Shown: positions 47,772 through 57,482 of the stretch, piece after piece | Layout: every line of letters begins with the position of its first letter | Numbering within the stretch: the first letter of the stretch is position 1 | NCBI GenBank assembly: GCA_963847625.1 | Contig: CAWKAR010000003.1 | Span: forward strand, 32,001 to 96,000 | DNA from: a candidate division FCPU426 bacterium | GTDB lineage: Bacteria > Oederibacteriota > Muellerivitia > Muellerivitales > Muellerivitaceae | Reading direction: 5' to 3' | DNA: 64,000 nt | The notes under the pieces: model-generated | What the model was told of the DNA's origin: nothing | Seen by the model: the letters and a program-made list of their open reading frames with translations, nothing else | The model's database searches: none | Program-made: the position numbers and the translations under genes

Positions 47772-49406
47772 CTACATTTGTTCCGGGGCTGAAACTCCCA
47801 GGAGTTTCAGCCCGTTTCGGATGACGTTCTTGACGCCCAAAGCCAGGCTCAACCTCGCCGCCGCGGTTTCCGCTGGGGCGTCCAGGATGCGGTGCTTGGC
47901 GTAAAAGAAATGAAAGTCCGCGGAAAGGGATTGCAAGTAAGCCACGATCCGTTGGGGCTCGAAAGCACGGCCGCTCTCAAAAACCCATTGTGGATATTCC
48001 AGGATTTCTTTCAAGAGTAAAAATTCCTCCGGTTCCCGGAGGGAAGTCATCCGCTCCGGCTCCAGGGCGGGTTGGACCCCTCTTTCCAGGGCCTTCCTTA
48101 GGAGGCTGCAGATCCGGGCATGGGCGTATTGGACGTAAAATACGGGGTTTTCCTCGGTTTGTTTCCGGGCCACCTCAATGTCAAAATCCAGGTGGCTGTT
48201 GGATCCGCGCATGACGAAGAAAAACCTGGCCGCATCTTTCCCTACCTTCTCCAACAACTCGTCCATGGTCACGAATTTCCCCTCCCGCTTGGACATCTTC
48301 ACTTTCTCCCCCCCCTCCAGCAGGTTGACCTGCTGGGCGACCAGTACGATGAAGTTTTCGGTGGGAAGCTTCAAAGCCGCCAGGGCGGACTTCATGCGTT
48401 GGATGTGTCCGTGGTGGTCGGGTCCCCAGATATCCAGCAGCTTCGTGAAGCCTCTTTCGAACTTTTGGAGGTGGTAGGCGATGTCCGCGGCGAAGTAGGC
48501 CGGCTTGCCGTCGCTCTTGAGGAGGACCTCGTCTTTGGGCGCCCCGAACTCGGAAACCCTGATCCAAACGGCCCCGTCTTTCTCGTAGCAGATTCCGGAC
48601 TTCTTAATCTGGTCCAAAGTGGTTGACAGGTATCCGGAATCATGGAGTTCCTTTTTCTCGGAAAACCACCGGTCGAAGGAAACACCGTAAGCTAAAAGGG
48701 ATTTCCTGTGCCACTCAATGACCCGGGCCATCCCCCATTCCCCGGGTTCGGGCTGGTCGCCCGGCAATTGGAGGTATTCCCGGGCCAAGTCTTCCATATA
48801 AGCCCCTTGGTACCCCCCCTCCGGGGCGGGGCGGGTTTTGCCTTGAACCCTGTCGCAGGCGGCCAGGAGGGATTCGCCGAAAAGGCGGGCCTGGACCCCG
48901 GCGTCGTTGATGTAGTACTCCCGGACGACTTCGGCTCCCGAGGAGGTGAGCAGGTTGGCGATGGAATCCCCGAGGGCGGCGGCCCGGGCGTTCACCACGT
49001 TCAAGGGCCCGGTCGGGTTGGAACTGACGAATTCCAGGAGAACCTTCAGGCCCTTGCCTTGAGCGTTCGTCCCATAACTCTCATCCAGGGCCAAAGCGCC
49101 CGACAAGGCGGAATAAAACGCCGAGGGCAGGAGCTTCATGTTGATGAATCCCGGCGGTGCGGCCGCGGCCGTCTCTAGGAGAGGTTCCTCGGTTTTCAGG
49201 TTTACCGCGATCTCCCGGGCGATCTCCAGCGGGGGGCGTTTTATCTGTTTCCCAAGCATGAGGGCGAGGGGGGTCGAATAATCGCCATGGGCCTTGTCCT
49301 TGGGTGCTTCCAGGGAAACAGCGCAATCGGGGAGGCCGAGGGTGGAGGCCGATTTTCGCAAGGCCTGCCGGAGAGCTTCCTGGAGGGTGAAAATATCGTG
49401 TTTCAC
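47772..49406 (-). CDS. argS: Arginine--tRNA ligase
   Basis: HGDYST, EFVSSNPTGPL, EYYINDAG, KMSKREG, NPVFYVQYAHAR. Confidence 0.95.
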   Translation of the reverse strand: MKHDIFTLQEALRQALRKSASTLGLPDCAVSLEAPKDKAHGDYSTPLALMLGKQIKRPPLEIAREIAVNLKTEEPLLETAAAAPPGFINMKLLPSAFYSALSGALALDESYGTNAQGKGLKVLLEFVSSNPTGPLNVVNARAAALGDSIANLLTSSGAEVVREYYINDAGVQARLFGESLLAACDRVQGKTRPAPEGGYQGAYMEDLAREYLQLPGDQPEPGEWGMARVIEWHRKSLLAYGVSFDRWFSEKKELHDSGYLSTTLDQIKKSGICYEKDGAVWIRVSEFGAPKDEVLLKSDGKPAYFAADIAYHLQKFERGFTKLLDIWGPDHHGHIQRMKSALAALKLPTENFIVLVAQQVNLLEGGEKVKMSKREGKFVTMDELLEKVGKDAARFFFVMRGSNSHLDFDIEVARKQTEENPVFYVQYAHARICSLLRKALERGVQPALEPERMTSLREPEEFLLLKEILEYPQWVFESGRAFEPQRIVAYLQSLSADFHFFYAKHRILDAPAETAAARLSLALGVKNVIRNGLKLLGVSAPEQM

Positions 49407-49411
49407 TTATA

Positions 49412-49777
49412 TCACAAGTGGGAGGTAAGGATGGCTTTGTAAAGAAGCGAATGGACCTTCAATTCGATGGCGGCAAAGTCGGTTTTCCGGCCCTCGAAAA
49501 ACTCGAGGATCATTTTTTCCAGATCCGTGCCGGGTGAGCGCAAGAAATCAATATTCCTCTCCCCCTCTGCGTTGGTGGTGACATGCACCAACCCCATCCC
49601 CGCGAAGGTCTGCAGCTTGGTTTCCAACGCGTCCTCGGATAAGGAAAGGATTTCCATGATGAGTTTCAGCGGGAATTGGGAACCCTTCATCAGGATCCAA
49701 ATTCCCAACAGGATGCGGGAGGTGGTATTGGAAAAAAGTTTTTTGAACTTGTTTCTATCAGTGGCGTAATCTTCCAT
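49412..49777 (-). CDS. Hypothetical protein, possible winged-helix fold
   Basis: MEDYATDRNK start coupled to the upstream gene; wHTH-like spacing. Confidence 0.55.
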   Translation of the reverse strand: MEDYATDRNKFKKLFSNTTSRILLGIWILMKGSQFPLKLIMEILSLSEDALETKLQTFAGMGLVHVTTNAEGERNIDFLRSPGTDLEKMILEFFEGRKTDFAAIELKVHSLLYKAILTSHL

Positions 49778-50618
49778 GTCGGCGCTCCCGGAGTTTCGGA
49801 TAATCCATACCCACGATAACAACCACATCGACCAGAGGATTGGGGGCCGTGGCATCCTCGAGGCGGTCCTTGGGGAGCCCCAATCGTCCCATGGCCTCTT
49901 CCAGCGCGACCGGAAGGCCCAGGCCGGTCCGGACGATGGTTTCAGGGTAGTGAAAACGGTCGGCGTTTCCTGTGTCCGTAATGACGATTCCCGGGCCTTT
50001 GAAACGGCGAGCGACCCAATCGGCGGCATTAGTTATACCACAACCATTCAGGATTTCCACACGCACGGGTCCCGCGCCCACGGGAGTCGGGGAAACGGAA
50101 GGAATCTCGGTGAGCCTGGGCGCCCCGAAAGAGGCGTGCCCCAAATCCTCGATTTGGATTTCGGAAGAGCGGTAGGGGGCAGGCGGAGGATTGGACGTCC
50201 AAAGCGCGAGGAATGCCCGGTCCGGCCAAGTCAGGTTATCCAGGACCGTTTCCGGGTTGTCGGAGAAAAACGACTTGATCCCCCCGCCCAGGTACCAGGG
50301 CCAACCCTCCTCCGAATGCGGCATGCCGGCGGCAAAAGCCCATTTACCAAACTGCTTGGAGAAGACCACCAGGTGCTTTTCGTCCATTTGGGCCAATATT
50401 TCGGAAGCCTGATCTCGTTGTTCAACGTTCAGAGGAATGGTATGGACCTTGTTTTCCGCGCGATTGAGGGGGATGTCCAATTGGTACGCCTCCACGGTCT
50501 TGCCGGTTCCCCTCAGGACAAAAGCTCTCAACGGATGATTACCCATTCCGTAATAGCTGGCCAGGGCGGCTGAGAATAAAACGGCGATGAACAAGAAGAA
50601 TTTAAAAAATGTTTTCAT
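49758..50618 (-). CDS. LytR C-terminal domain protein
   Basis: VEILNGCGITNAA, TGNAD, DVVVIVGMDY. Confidence 0.8.
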   Translation of the reverse strand: MKTFFKFFLFIAVLFSAALASYYGMGNHPLRAFVLRGTGKTVEAYQLDIPLNRAENKVHTIPLNVEQRDQASEILAQMDEKHLVVFSKQFGKWAFAAGMPHSEEGWPWYLGGGIKSFFSDNPETVLDNLTWPDRAFLALWTSNPPPAPYRSSEIQIEDLGHASFGAPRLTEIPSVSPTPVGAGPVRVEILNGCGITNAADWVARRFKGPGIVITDTGNADRFHYPETIVRTGLGLPVALEEAMGRLGLPKDRLEDATAPNPLVDVVVIVGMDYPKLRERRHGRLRH

Positions 50619-51196
50619 CCTTTTCCCCGATTTAAGAACCCGTTCCAAGTTTCAACCAGTCTCGGATGGATCCTCGATTTCCTTTCGAGCAAAAACATCA
50701 AAGTCATGGAGGCTTTGGCCAAGACGCCCTCCCTCAAACTCCGTCCTGCGATCCGTGCCGCCCGTGAACGGCCCTTGAATTCCCGGCTCGGCTCGATGAA
50801 ATCGGCCAAAAACAGGACCTGGGCCAAGCGGCCCATGTTGGAGCTACCCGTCGTGTGGCATCGGATGGCCTCTAAAACCGCCGGGTCGCGGATCCCCCAT
50901 TTTCTATAGGCGATGGCCGCTCCCGCGTGCGAATGCCACAGGCCCTGCATTTCTTTTTCCAGGGGATCCAGCCGGAACGGGCTTCGGTCAAGCCAATATT
51001 TCATTTCCTCCCTAGTCAGTTCCTTCGCACAGTCATGCAGCCAAGCCGCCAACCGCGCTTTCCCTGCTGAAAGCCCATGGCGAAGCGCCAAGCGGCTGGC
51101 GCATTCAACGACCCCTTGGATATGCCGGTAGCGCCGGGGGCCGGCGTGGGTCCTCACCCAATCCCTTATTTCATCCAACTTAACCTTCGGGGCCAT
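50615..51196 (-). CDS. yqeK: HD-domain Ap4A hydrolase
   Basis: RY.HI.GV, LHDCAKE, HSHAGA, AIRCHTTG, FLADFIEP. Confidence 0.88.
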   Translation of the reverse strand: MAPKVKLDEIRDWVRTHAGPRRYRHIQGVVECASRLALRHGLSAGKARLAAWLHDCAKELTREEMKYWLDRSPFRLDPLEKEMQGLWHSHAGAAIAYRKWGIRDPAVLEAIRCHTTGSSNMGRLAQVLFLADFIEPSREFKGRSRAARIAGRSLREGVLAKASMTLMFLLERKSRIHPRLVETWNGFLNRGKG

Positions 51197-52125
51197 CAAC
51201 CGTATATCCCGGTGTAAGCGATCCCTCGGATGATGGTGCGCTGGAAAAGAGCGAGTAATATGATGGGCGGCACGGCGCTGATAGCCAGCGCCGCGAGCGT
51301 CACGTTCCAAGGCTCGCCGGTCTCCACCAGCCGTTGCACGCCCAAGACCAGGGGATAGTAATCGGGGTTGTTAAGTACGATCAGGGGCCAAAAAAAACTG
51401 TTCCAAGCGGTGACAAAGGAAAAAACCGCCAAAAAAGAAAGGATGGGCTTGGTCATGGGGAGGATGAAGCGGAAAAAAACCCGGGTCTCCCCGCATCCGT
51501 CGATCCTCGCGGCGTAGAGGATTTCGTCCGGGATGGAATCGTAAAATTGCTTGAGGACCATGATGGTGAAGGCGCTGAAGATCCCCGGCAGGATGACCGC
51601 CCAATAAGTGTTCACCAGGTTCCAACTGCCGAAACCTGGGCCGAGGGGGAAGAATTTCACGATGAGGTAGAGGGGAATGACCAGGACCTCGAAGGGCACC
51701 ATCAGGCTGGTCATGAACAACAGCAGGATGCCCCCCGCAAAACGCACCCTGAGCTTGGAGAGGGAGTAGGCGGCCATCGAACAAACCAGGAGCTGGCCCA
51801 GGACGGTCCCGGAACAAATGATCATGCTGTTCAGGAGGTAACCGGCGAAATTCACCAGCCTCCAGGCTTCCTGGTAATTATCCGGGCTAAACCGGCTCGG
51901 GAGATAGGCCTGAGGAAGGGAGTAAATTTCCTCCGGGGTTTTAAAGGAACCCAAAAGCATCCAAATCATCGGGGCGACCATGGCCAAGGCCCCCAGCAGA
52001 AGAAGAAGGGCTCCCAAGGTCAGGGCCACGCGGACCCCTAGTTTACGCCGGTCCTGGCGCGAGAGTACCCCGCGGGTGGACCCCGGCAAGTGTTGAAAAG
52101 ACACGCTTTTCCCTAAATTTTCCAT
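51196..52125 (-). CDS. Carbohydrate ABC transporter permease
   Basis: SFKT, AAYSLSK, AARIDG, WNSFFWPL. Confidence 0.9.
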   Translation of the reverse strand: MENLGKSVSFQHLPGSTRGVLSRQDRRKLGVRVALTLGALLLLLGALAMVAPMIWMLLGSFKTPEEIYSLPQAYLPSRFSPDNYQEAWRLVNFAGYLLNSMIICSGTVLGQLLVCSMAAYSLSKLRVRFAGGILLLFMTSLMVPFEVLVIPLYLIVKFFPLGPGFGSWNLVNTYWAVILPGIFSAFTIMVLKQFYDSIPDEILYAARIDGCGETRVFFRFILPMTKPILSFLAVFSFVTAWNSFFWPLIVLNNPDYYPLVLGVQRLVETGEPWNVTLAALAISAVPPIILLALFQRTIIRGIAYTGIYG

Positions 52126-52129
52126 GGAA

Positions 52130-53419
52130 TCACCTCGCCTCCCGCTTGAGCTGCCATAAACGGACCATGGAGAAAATAAAAAGCGCGGCGAACATGAGCA
52201 TGGCCATGGCGGAAGCATATCCCAAATCCATGGCCCCAAAGGCCGTCTTATAGATATAGGTTCCGATAACCTCCGTGGTATGCATGGGGCCGCCGTTGGT
52301 CATCACATACACCTCCGTGAACACCTGGAACGTCGTCAGGACTTGGATGATCAAGAGAATTCCCATCACCGGCCGCAGGTGGGGAATGGTAATGTTGAAC
52401 ACCTTATGGAAAACACCGGCTCCGTCCAGTTCCGCCGCCTCATAGAGCTCCTCGGGCAGGCTTTGGAGATACGCGAAATAAATGAGCATGTACCATCCCA
52501 GGTTCTTCCAGACGAACATGACAACGATGGAAATCAGGGCCCACCGTGGATTGGTCAGCCAACCCACCTGGAGGTCCGGGGAATGGAGGAGATTCCCCAG
52601 GATGGAGTTCAGGACGCCGAAACCCTCGTCGCACATCCACTTCCAGAGGTTCGCCGCGGGGATGGAAGGAATGATGAAGGGAATGAGATAGAGAAACTTC
52701 AGGAGGCCCTTTCCCGCCGGAATCTCGTTTAAAAAGACGGCTAGGAGGATGGGAGGCCAGAAGCCCAGCACCAGGGAGATGAGGGTAAAGGAAACCGCGT
52801 TCATGACCGTCTGCTGGAAAAGGGGGTCCTGGAAGGCCCGGTTATAATTGTCCCAGCCAACCGGGAAGCTTTTTCCGAGGGGGCTGTAATGGTTCAGGCT
52901 GACCAGGAACCCTTGGACGAGTGGATACAGGAAAAAAAGCCCGAAAAAAACAAGGGCCGGAAACAGGAACCAAAAGGCCTGGGCCCGGTAGCCAAGCGGG
53001 TGCCAGGCGGCTTTACCCTGCCGGATGGGTTTGTCGCGTTCGACGGGTTTGTCGAAGATGGAGGCGGTGACGCGCCTGTCCCGGATTTTTCCCGTTTCTT
53101 TCCTTTTTCGGATCAAATCCTTGGCCCTGTCTTCCATCGATTTTTCGGCCTGTCCCTTTAGGAAGGGGGTTTTTTTCAGGGCGTCGGACTCCCGCGGGCT
53201 GGCCTCACCGGTTCCTTTCGTGCCGGAGGAAGGCGCCCGGGCGCCCAGCTCCAGCTGTTTCATCATGTCCCGGCGGGTTTCCTTGTCCTCCTGGGACGGC
53301 CCATCCTCGATTTCCAGGTTCAGTTCCTCATCCTGCGCCTGGGGGTCCGGCGGAAGAATCGGTCCTTTTTTCTCCTCATCGTCGTCGTAAATGGAGAAAG
53401 GCTTGAAGGGTTCAGTCAT
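52130..53419 (-). CDS. Carbohydrate ABC transporter permease with long charged N-terminal extension
   Basis: VGWDNY, ELYEAAELDGA, TNGGP...T, GYASA; ~140 aa hydrophilic leader. Confidence 0.88.
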   Translation of the reverse strand: MTEPFKPFSIYDDDEEKKGPILPPDPQAQDEELNLEIEDGPSQEDKETRRDMMKQLELGARAPSSGTKGTGEASPRESDALKKTPFLKGQAEKSMEDRAKDLIRKRKETGKIRDRRVTASIFDKPVERDKPIRQGKAAWHPLGYRAQAFWFLFPALVFFGLFFLYPLVQGFLVSLNHYSPLGKSFPVGWDNYNRAFQDPLFQQTVMNAVSFTLISLVLGFWPPILLAVFLNEIPAGKGLLKFLYLIPFIIPSIPAANLWKWMCDEGFGVLNSILGNLLHSPDLQVGWLTNPRWALISIVVMFVWKNLGWYMLIYFAYLQSLPEELYEAAELDGAGVFHKVFNITIPHLRPVMGILLIIQVLTTFQVFTEVYVMTNGGPMHTTEVIGTYIYKTAFGAMDLGYASAMAMLMFAALFIFSMVRLWQLKREAR

Positions 53420-53479
53420 GGCGGCCCCCCTTCCTTCCCCGCGTTTGAAAACCGGGGGATGATATTTGATTTTTAGTGT

Positions 53480-54808
53480 TCATGGGGTTACGGTTCCTCC
53501 CCATTTCGAGAGGATATCCCGGTCCGCCGCCTTGGCATTCGCCGTCAACAACCGTTGCGGATCGGCGTCCGGGTCCAGGAAAATTTCTTGGAGCGGATCC
53601 TGGTCCAACATTTCGCGGACCTGGGGCCAGCCCCTCACATGGGGTTCGAAGTGGGCCGTTTCCAGGACGTCCTTCACCATCTTAAAGTCGGGAAGGTCCG
53701 CCACTTCCGTAGCCGAGCTGAAGGCTCCGGGGAAAATGGGCATTTTCAACTCGTGCATGCGGGTCCATTTCCAAAGCTGGTTAACCGGGGAAAGCTCGAA
53801 TTCGATCCATTTCCAGGCCGCTAGTTTTGTTTCCTCGGTTGCGGACGCGTTGATGACGTAGACTTCCCCGCCCAAGTGGGCCGCCCGGCCGGCGGGTCCG
53901 GCAGGCAGGGGCGCGATTCCGAAGGTTTGAGGCGAAATCTTATACCGGGCGATCAGGGCCGGCAGTTGGTTGGCGACCCCGAAGGTCATGGCGACCTTGC
54001 CCAAGGCAAAGAGGTGGAGCAATTCCGTCTCGGGGATCAGCACGTCCGGTTCCAAAACATTGTACTTCCACCTCAAATCCTTCCAAAACTTCAAGGCCTG
54101 GACCGCCGGCGGCTCCCCGAAGGCCGCGTGGACCTTTCCGTTCTCGCCGCGGATCATTTCCCCGCCCGCCTGCCAAACGAAATCCTGGAAATACCAGGTT
54201 TTCGGGGCCAAGCCAAGGCCGAATTGCCCTTCCTGCCTTCGGGTCAGGAGCTTGGCGTCCTTGGCCAGTTCCCCCCAGGTGGCGGGGGGTGTTTCCGGGA
54301 AGAGGCCCGCTTTCGCGAAAAGATCCTTTCGGTAAAAGAGAAACAGGAAATAAGTATCCGCAGGAACCCCGTAATAGTGGTTAACCACCTTGACGCTTTC
54401 CCAGAGCACGGGCTTGATGAAATCCCTTTGGCTCCAGTTCTGGATGTAGGCGTCCACGGGCTGGAGAAAATCCATATTGGCGAGGGTTTGGATGGCTCCG
54501 ACCCAGACCTTGACCAGGTCCGGCCCCTTGCCCCCGGCCATCACGGTGATGAATTCCTCCGGTTGGTATTCCCTTTCCTCGCCCTCCACCAGGATGCCCG
54601 GATTGGCCTTTTCAAACCGTTCCACCGTCTCATCCCACAACTGGCGGTCCAAGGGGAGGGATTTCGGTGGAACGTTCCAAAGATGGAGATGGACGATGGT
54701 TTTGTCCAGGAGCGTTTGGTGGTTTTGATCGGCCAGGTACTGGCTGAAACCGAAAGCCAGGCCGGCCAAGGCGACGAGTGTCAGGAACCATCTCATGGAA
54801 TGGGTCAA
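53480..54808 (-). CDS. Carbohydrate ABC transporter substrate-binding protein
   Basis: FEKANPGI.V, PDL, YYGVP, LFYRKDLF.KAG, PP.TW.EL, F..GKVAM. Confidence 0.88.
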   Translation of the reverse strand: MTHSMRWFLTLVALAGLAFGFSQYLADQNHQTLLDKTIVHLHLWNVPPKSLPLDRQLWDETVERFEKANPGILVEGEEREYQPEEFITVMAGGKGPDLVKVWVGAIQTLANMDFLQPVDAYIQNWSQRDFIKPVLWESVKVVNHYYGVPADTYFLFLFYRKDLFAKAGLFPETPPATWGELAKDAKLLTRRQEGQFGLGLAPKTWYFQDFVWQAGGEMIRGENGKVHAAFGEPPAVQALKFWKDLRWKYNVLEPDVLIPETELLHLFALGKVAMTFGVANQLPALIARYKISPQTFGIAPLPAGPAGRAAHLGGEVYVINASATEETKLAAWKWIEFELSPVNQLWKWTRMHELKMPIFPGAFSSATEVADLPDFKMVKDVLETAHFEPHVRGWPQVREMLDQDPLQEIFLDPDADPQRLLTANAKAADRDILSKWGGTVTP

Positions 54809-54945
54809 CCTTTGTGAATGATTTTGTTTATTCGCATGAACCGATGCGATGAACCGCTATGAAATTTCCTGTTCTTAAAGCACCGGGAATATCTTAACAA
54901 ATCGGCATGGGTTTGGAAAAAGGAAACGGCCCCTCAGAAGCCCGG

Positions 54946-57351
54946 TTATTCCGGCTTCGTCAGGAGCGTGATGACCGCCCGTCTTTGTTTTTCATCCGGC
55001 GCCGGGCCCGATTCGGTCTTCAAGGGGTCCCGTTCGGCATAGCCGACCGCATAAAGGGTATTCGGGGGAAAAGAAAGAATTTTCCTGAGGTGTTTTTCGA
55101 CCGCGGCCGCCCTTTGGTGGGACAAGGACAGCCGATCCCCCTCCTCTCCCGGGGCCGTGTAGCCTTTGACGACCAGCAGGCATTTGTTGAGGTAGGGCCG
55201 GATGGCTTCCACGGTTTTCTCGATTTCTTTCTGGCCTTTATCCGTCAGGTCGGCCGTCGAATCGGCGAAATAAACCGAAGCCAGGCTTATGGCCATGTAC
55301 TCCCCCGCGGTGCCGGGCCCGGCCTCCAACTGGAGGAAATAGGGGTCGGAGGTGGAGGTGTTTCCCGCCCGGTCCGTGGCCGAGAAGGCGATTCTCAACA
55401 GGGAACCCGGGTCGGCTGGCTGTCCTTCGGAAGTATTCCCATCCCAAAGAACTTCCGTGGGGGGCTGCCCGCTTCCTTGGAAAGTTCTCACCACTTCCAG
55501 GTTTTCCCCGCTGAGTTCGACCTTCCAATCCTGGAACCCCGCCAAATCCGCCGAAGCGAGGGCCATCCGGTACTGTTTTTTCGACTTGAAGTCGAACCAG
55601 TTGTCCTGCCCCTTCAAGGAAAGCTCCGGAGGGGTGTTGCACACGTAAACGTGAAGCGCGTCCGTTTTCAGGGGGTTACCCGCCTTGTCCTCGGCCAGGA
55701 GCAGGCAAAGATAGGTCCCATCCCCAACGCGGATATGGTCCATCCCCTTGCCGTCCCAAAGGAGGGTCTTGGGGAGCCGGTTCTTGCCTTTTTTCGCGAG
55801 GACCACCTTGTTCGAGGAAGCCTCACTGATTTCGAAATCCCAATGGTCCACTTCCCGGCTTCCGCCCGGCTCAACCGTGAAAAGAAGTTCGCGCTTCTTT
55901 TTATGGCCCCGGAGCGAGAAATAGGGGTTCTCGACCTGGATCCCGAAACGGGACCGGGGCGATATGATTTCCACCTTCTCAAAATCTTCTGAAAGGGTCT
56001 CGTTTTTGTCGTTGAAGGTTTTTAACACCACGCGGTAGGTCCCCTCGGGCGCCGGTTTCCCCTTGTCGTCCATGCCGTCCCAAGCCAGGTAGGGCAGGAG
56101 GGATCCCGTGCCCCCGATCCGCCGGATGTCCCTTTGCTGGGAATCCTGGAATATCAGGACCCATCGGGCGGTATCCGCGGCCCAGTCTTCCGGGAATGAA
56201 ATGACGGTTGTTTTTTGCCTGCCGGAGGGGGAGAAAGCCGGCGGCTCGATGCGGATGTTCAATTTCCTCAGGGGAACCGGCGAAACAGGCTTTCCCTCGG
56301 TGGAAGTCAATTCCGTCGTTTCGGAGGGGCTCCCGATGTTGATCTCGGCCGGAGCGGACGCCGTTTCAGTAGGTCCTTTGGCTTGGAAAACATGGTCGAA
56401 CCTGTAAATGAAATCAAGGAAATGGCCGAACTGCCCGCTGTCCCTGGAAACCCTGAACGCGTAATCCACTTCGAGCGGCTGGGAAGGGTGGTATCCAGCG
56501 CCGAAGGAGAAAGACCCGTCGGTGTTGAAAAGGCCCTCGTAGCCCAAACGCAGGCTGTAGGTTTTCTGGTCCAGGAAATGTTCCGCACCGATCCTCAAGC
56601 GGTTTTGAAGGGAGGAAGACTCCAAGACCTGGTCGGCGATTTGATAGTCCATTTCCAGCCGGGTGTCGGTCAGGGCCTCGTAGGCCGCTCCCAGGACGAA
56701 GGCGCGGGGCAGGGTCTGCTCGTTGGAATTGTTAAACCTTATATCCGTGTCCAGGTCTTTGACCGCCAAAGCAAAGGATGCCAGGGTTCCCTGGGCGTTG
56801 CGCAGGTCGTACAGAATCCCCAAATCCAGGCCGATCCCCCTTCCCGGGACCTGGTCCGCGCCCATGGGCGTGGATAGGGCAAGGTACTTGATATTGAAAC
56901 CCATCAGAAAATCCCTCGAGGAATTCAAGGGAATCCCGACGGAACCGATATAGCTGGTGACGGAATTAGGGGATTTGGGAAAGTCCGAATATTGGGAAAG
57001 GCCGAAGACCGTCCCATCCTGGAGGGGCACCAAAACACCGGTATTGAGATGGAAGTCGGAATTAGCCGGGAGGTACCCCAACCCCAATTGCACCAAAGGA
57101 TCGGTCGCCCGCGTCACGCCTGCCGGGTTCCAGAGGATCGAATGGGTCCCCCCGGAAATAGCCGCGACCGCCTCGCCCATCCCGATTCCGTATGCGTCCT
57201 GGTCTAGGTTCAAATAAAGGGCTTGGGCGGGCTTCAATATAAGAAAGGATATTGTCAGGAAAATTCCGGCGATCCACTGGGCTTTTCTGAGGGGTTTTTG
57301 GGGGAGAATCATTCTTTTAGGAATATGGTGGAGTCGGTTATTCGTGAACAT
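54946..57351 (-). CDS. Multidomain envelope protein: PorV-like barrel, FlgD-type Ig repeats, OmpA domain
   Basis: GMGEA..A......I.WNPAG N-terminus; repeated WDG...G..Y motifs; C-terminal VYF...GYT...LS.QRA.AV...GY. Confidence 0.72.
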   Translation of the reverse strand: MFTNNRLHHIPKRMILPQKPLRKAQWIAGIFLTISFLILKPAQALYLNLDQDAYGIGMGEAVAAISGGTHSILWNPAGVTRATDPLVQLGLGYLPANSDFHLNTGVLVPLQDGTVFGLSQYSDFPKSPNSVTSYIGSVGIPLNSSRDFLMGFNIKYLALSTPMGADQVPGRGIGLDLGILYDLRNAQGTLASFALAVKDLDTDIRFNNSNEQTLPRAFVLGAAYEALTDTRLEMDYQIADQVLESSSLQNRLRIGAEHFLDQKTYSLRLGYEGLFNTDGSFSFGAGYHPSQPLEVDYAFRVSRDSGQFGHFLDFIYRFDHVFQAKGPTETASAPAEINIGSPSETTELTSTEGKPVSPVPLRKLNIRIEPPAFSPSGRQKTTVISFPEDWAADTARWVLIFQDSQQRDIRRIGGTGSLLPYLAWDGMDDKGKPAPEGTYRVVLKTFNDKNETLSEDFEKVEIISPRSRFGIQVENPYFSLRGHKKKRELLFTVEPGGSREVDHWDFEISEASSNKVVLAKKGKNRLPKTLLWDGKGMDHIRVGDGTYLCLLLAEDKAGNPLKTDALHVYVCNTPPELSLKGQDNWFDFKSKKQYRMALASADLAGFQDWKVELSGENLEVVRTFQGSGQPPTEVLWDGNTSEGQPADPGSLLRIAFSATDRAGNTSTSDPYFLQLEAGPGTAGEYMAISLASVYFADSTADLTDKGQKEIEKTVEAIRPYLNKCLLVVKGYTAPGEEGDRLSLSHQRAAAVEKHLRKILSFPPNTLYAVGYAERDPLKTESGPAPDEKQRRAVITLLTKPE

Positions 57352-57482
57352 GGGCTAATTAATATAAATCAACAGGCCACGTGGAAAAAGCCCTATTTGG
57401 GAAGGTTTTGTGGGGAAATTAGTGACTCATCCTTGGAATTTTCAAACAATTCAGCCTGGTTGATGGTTCCCTACCCGATTTT

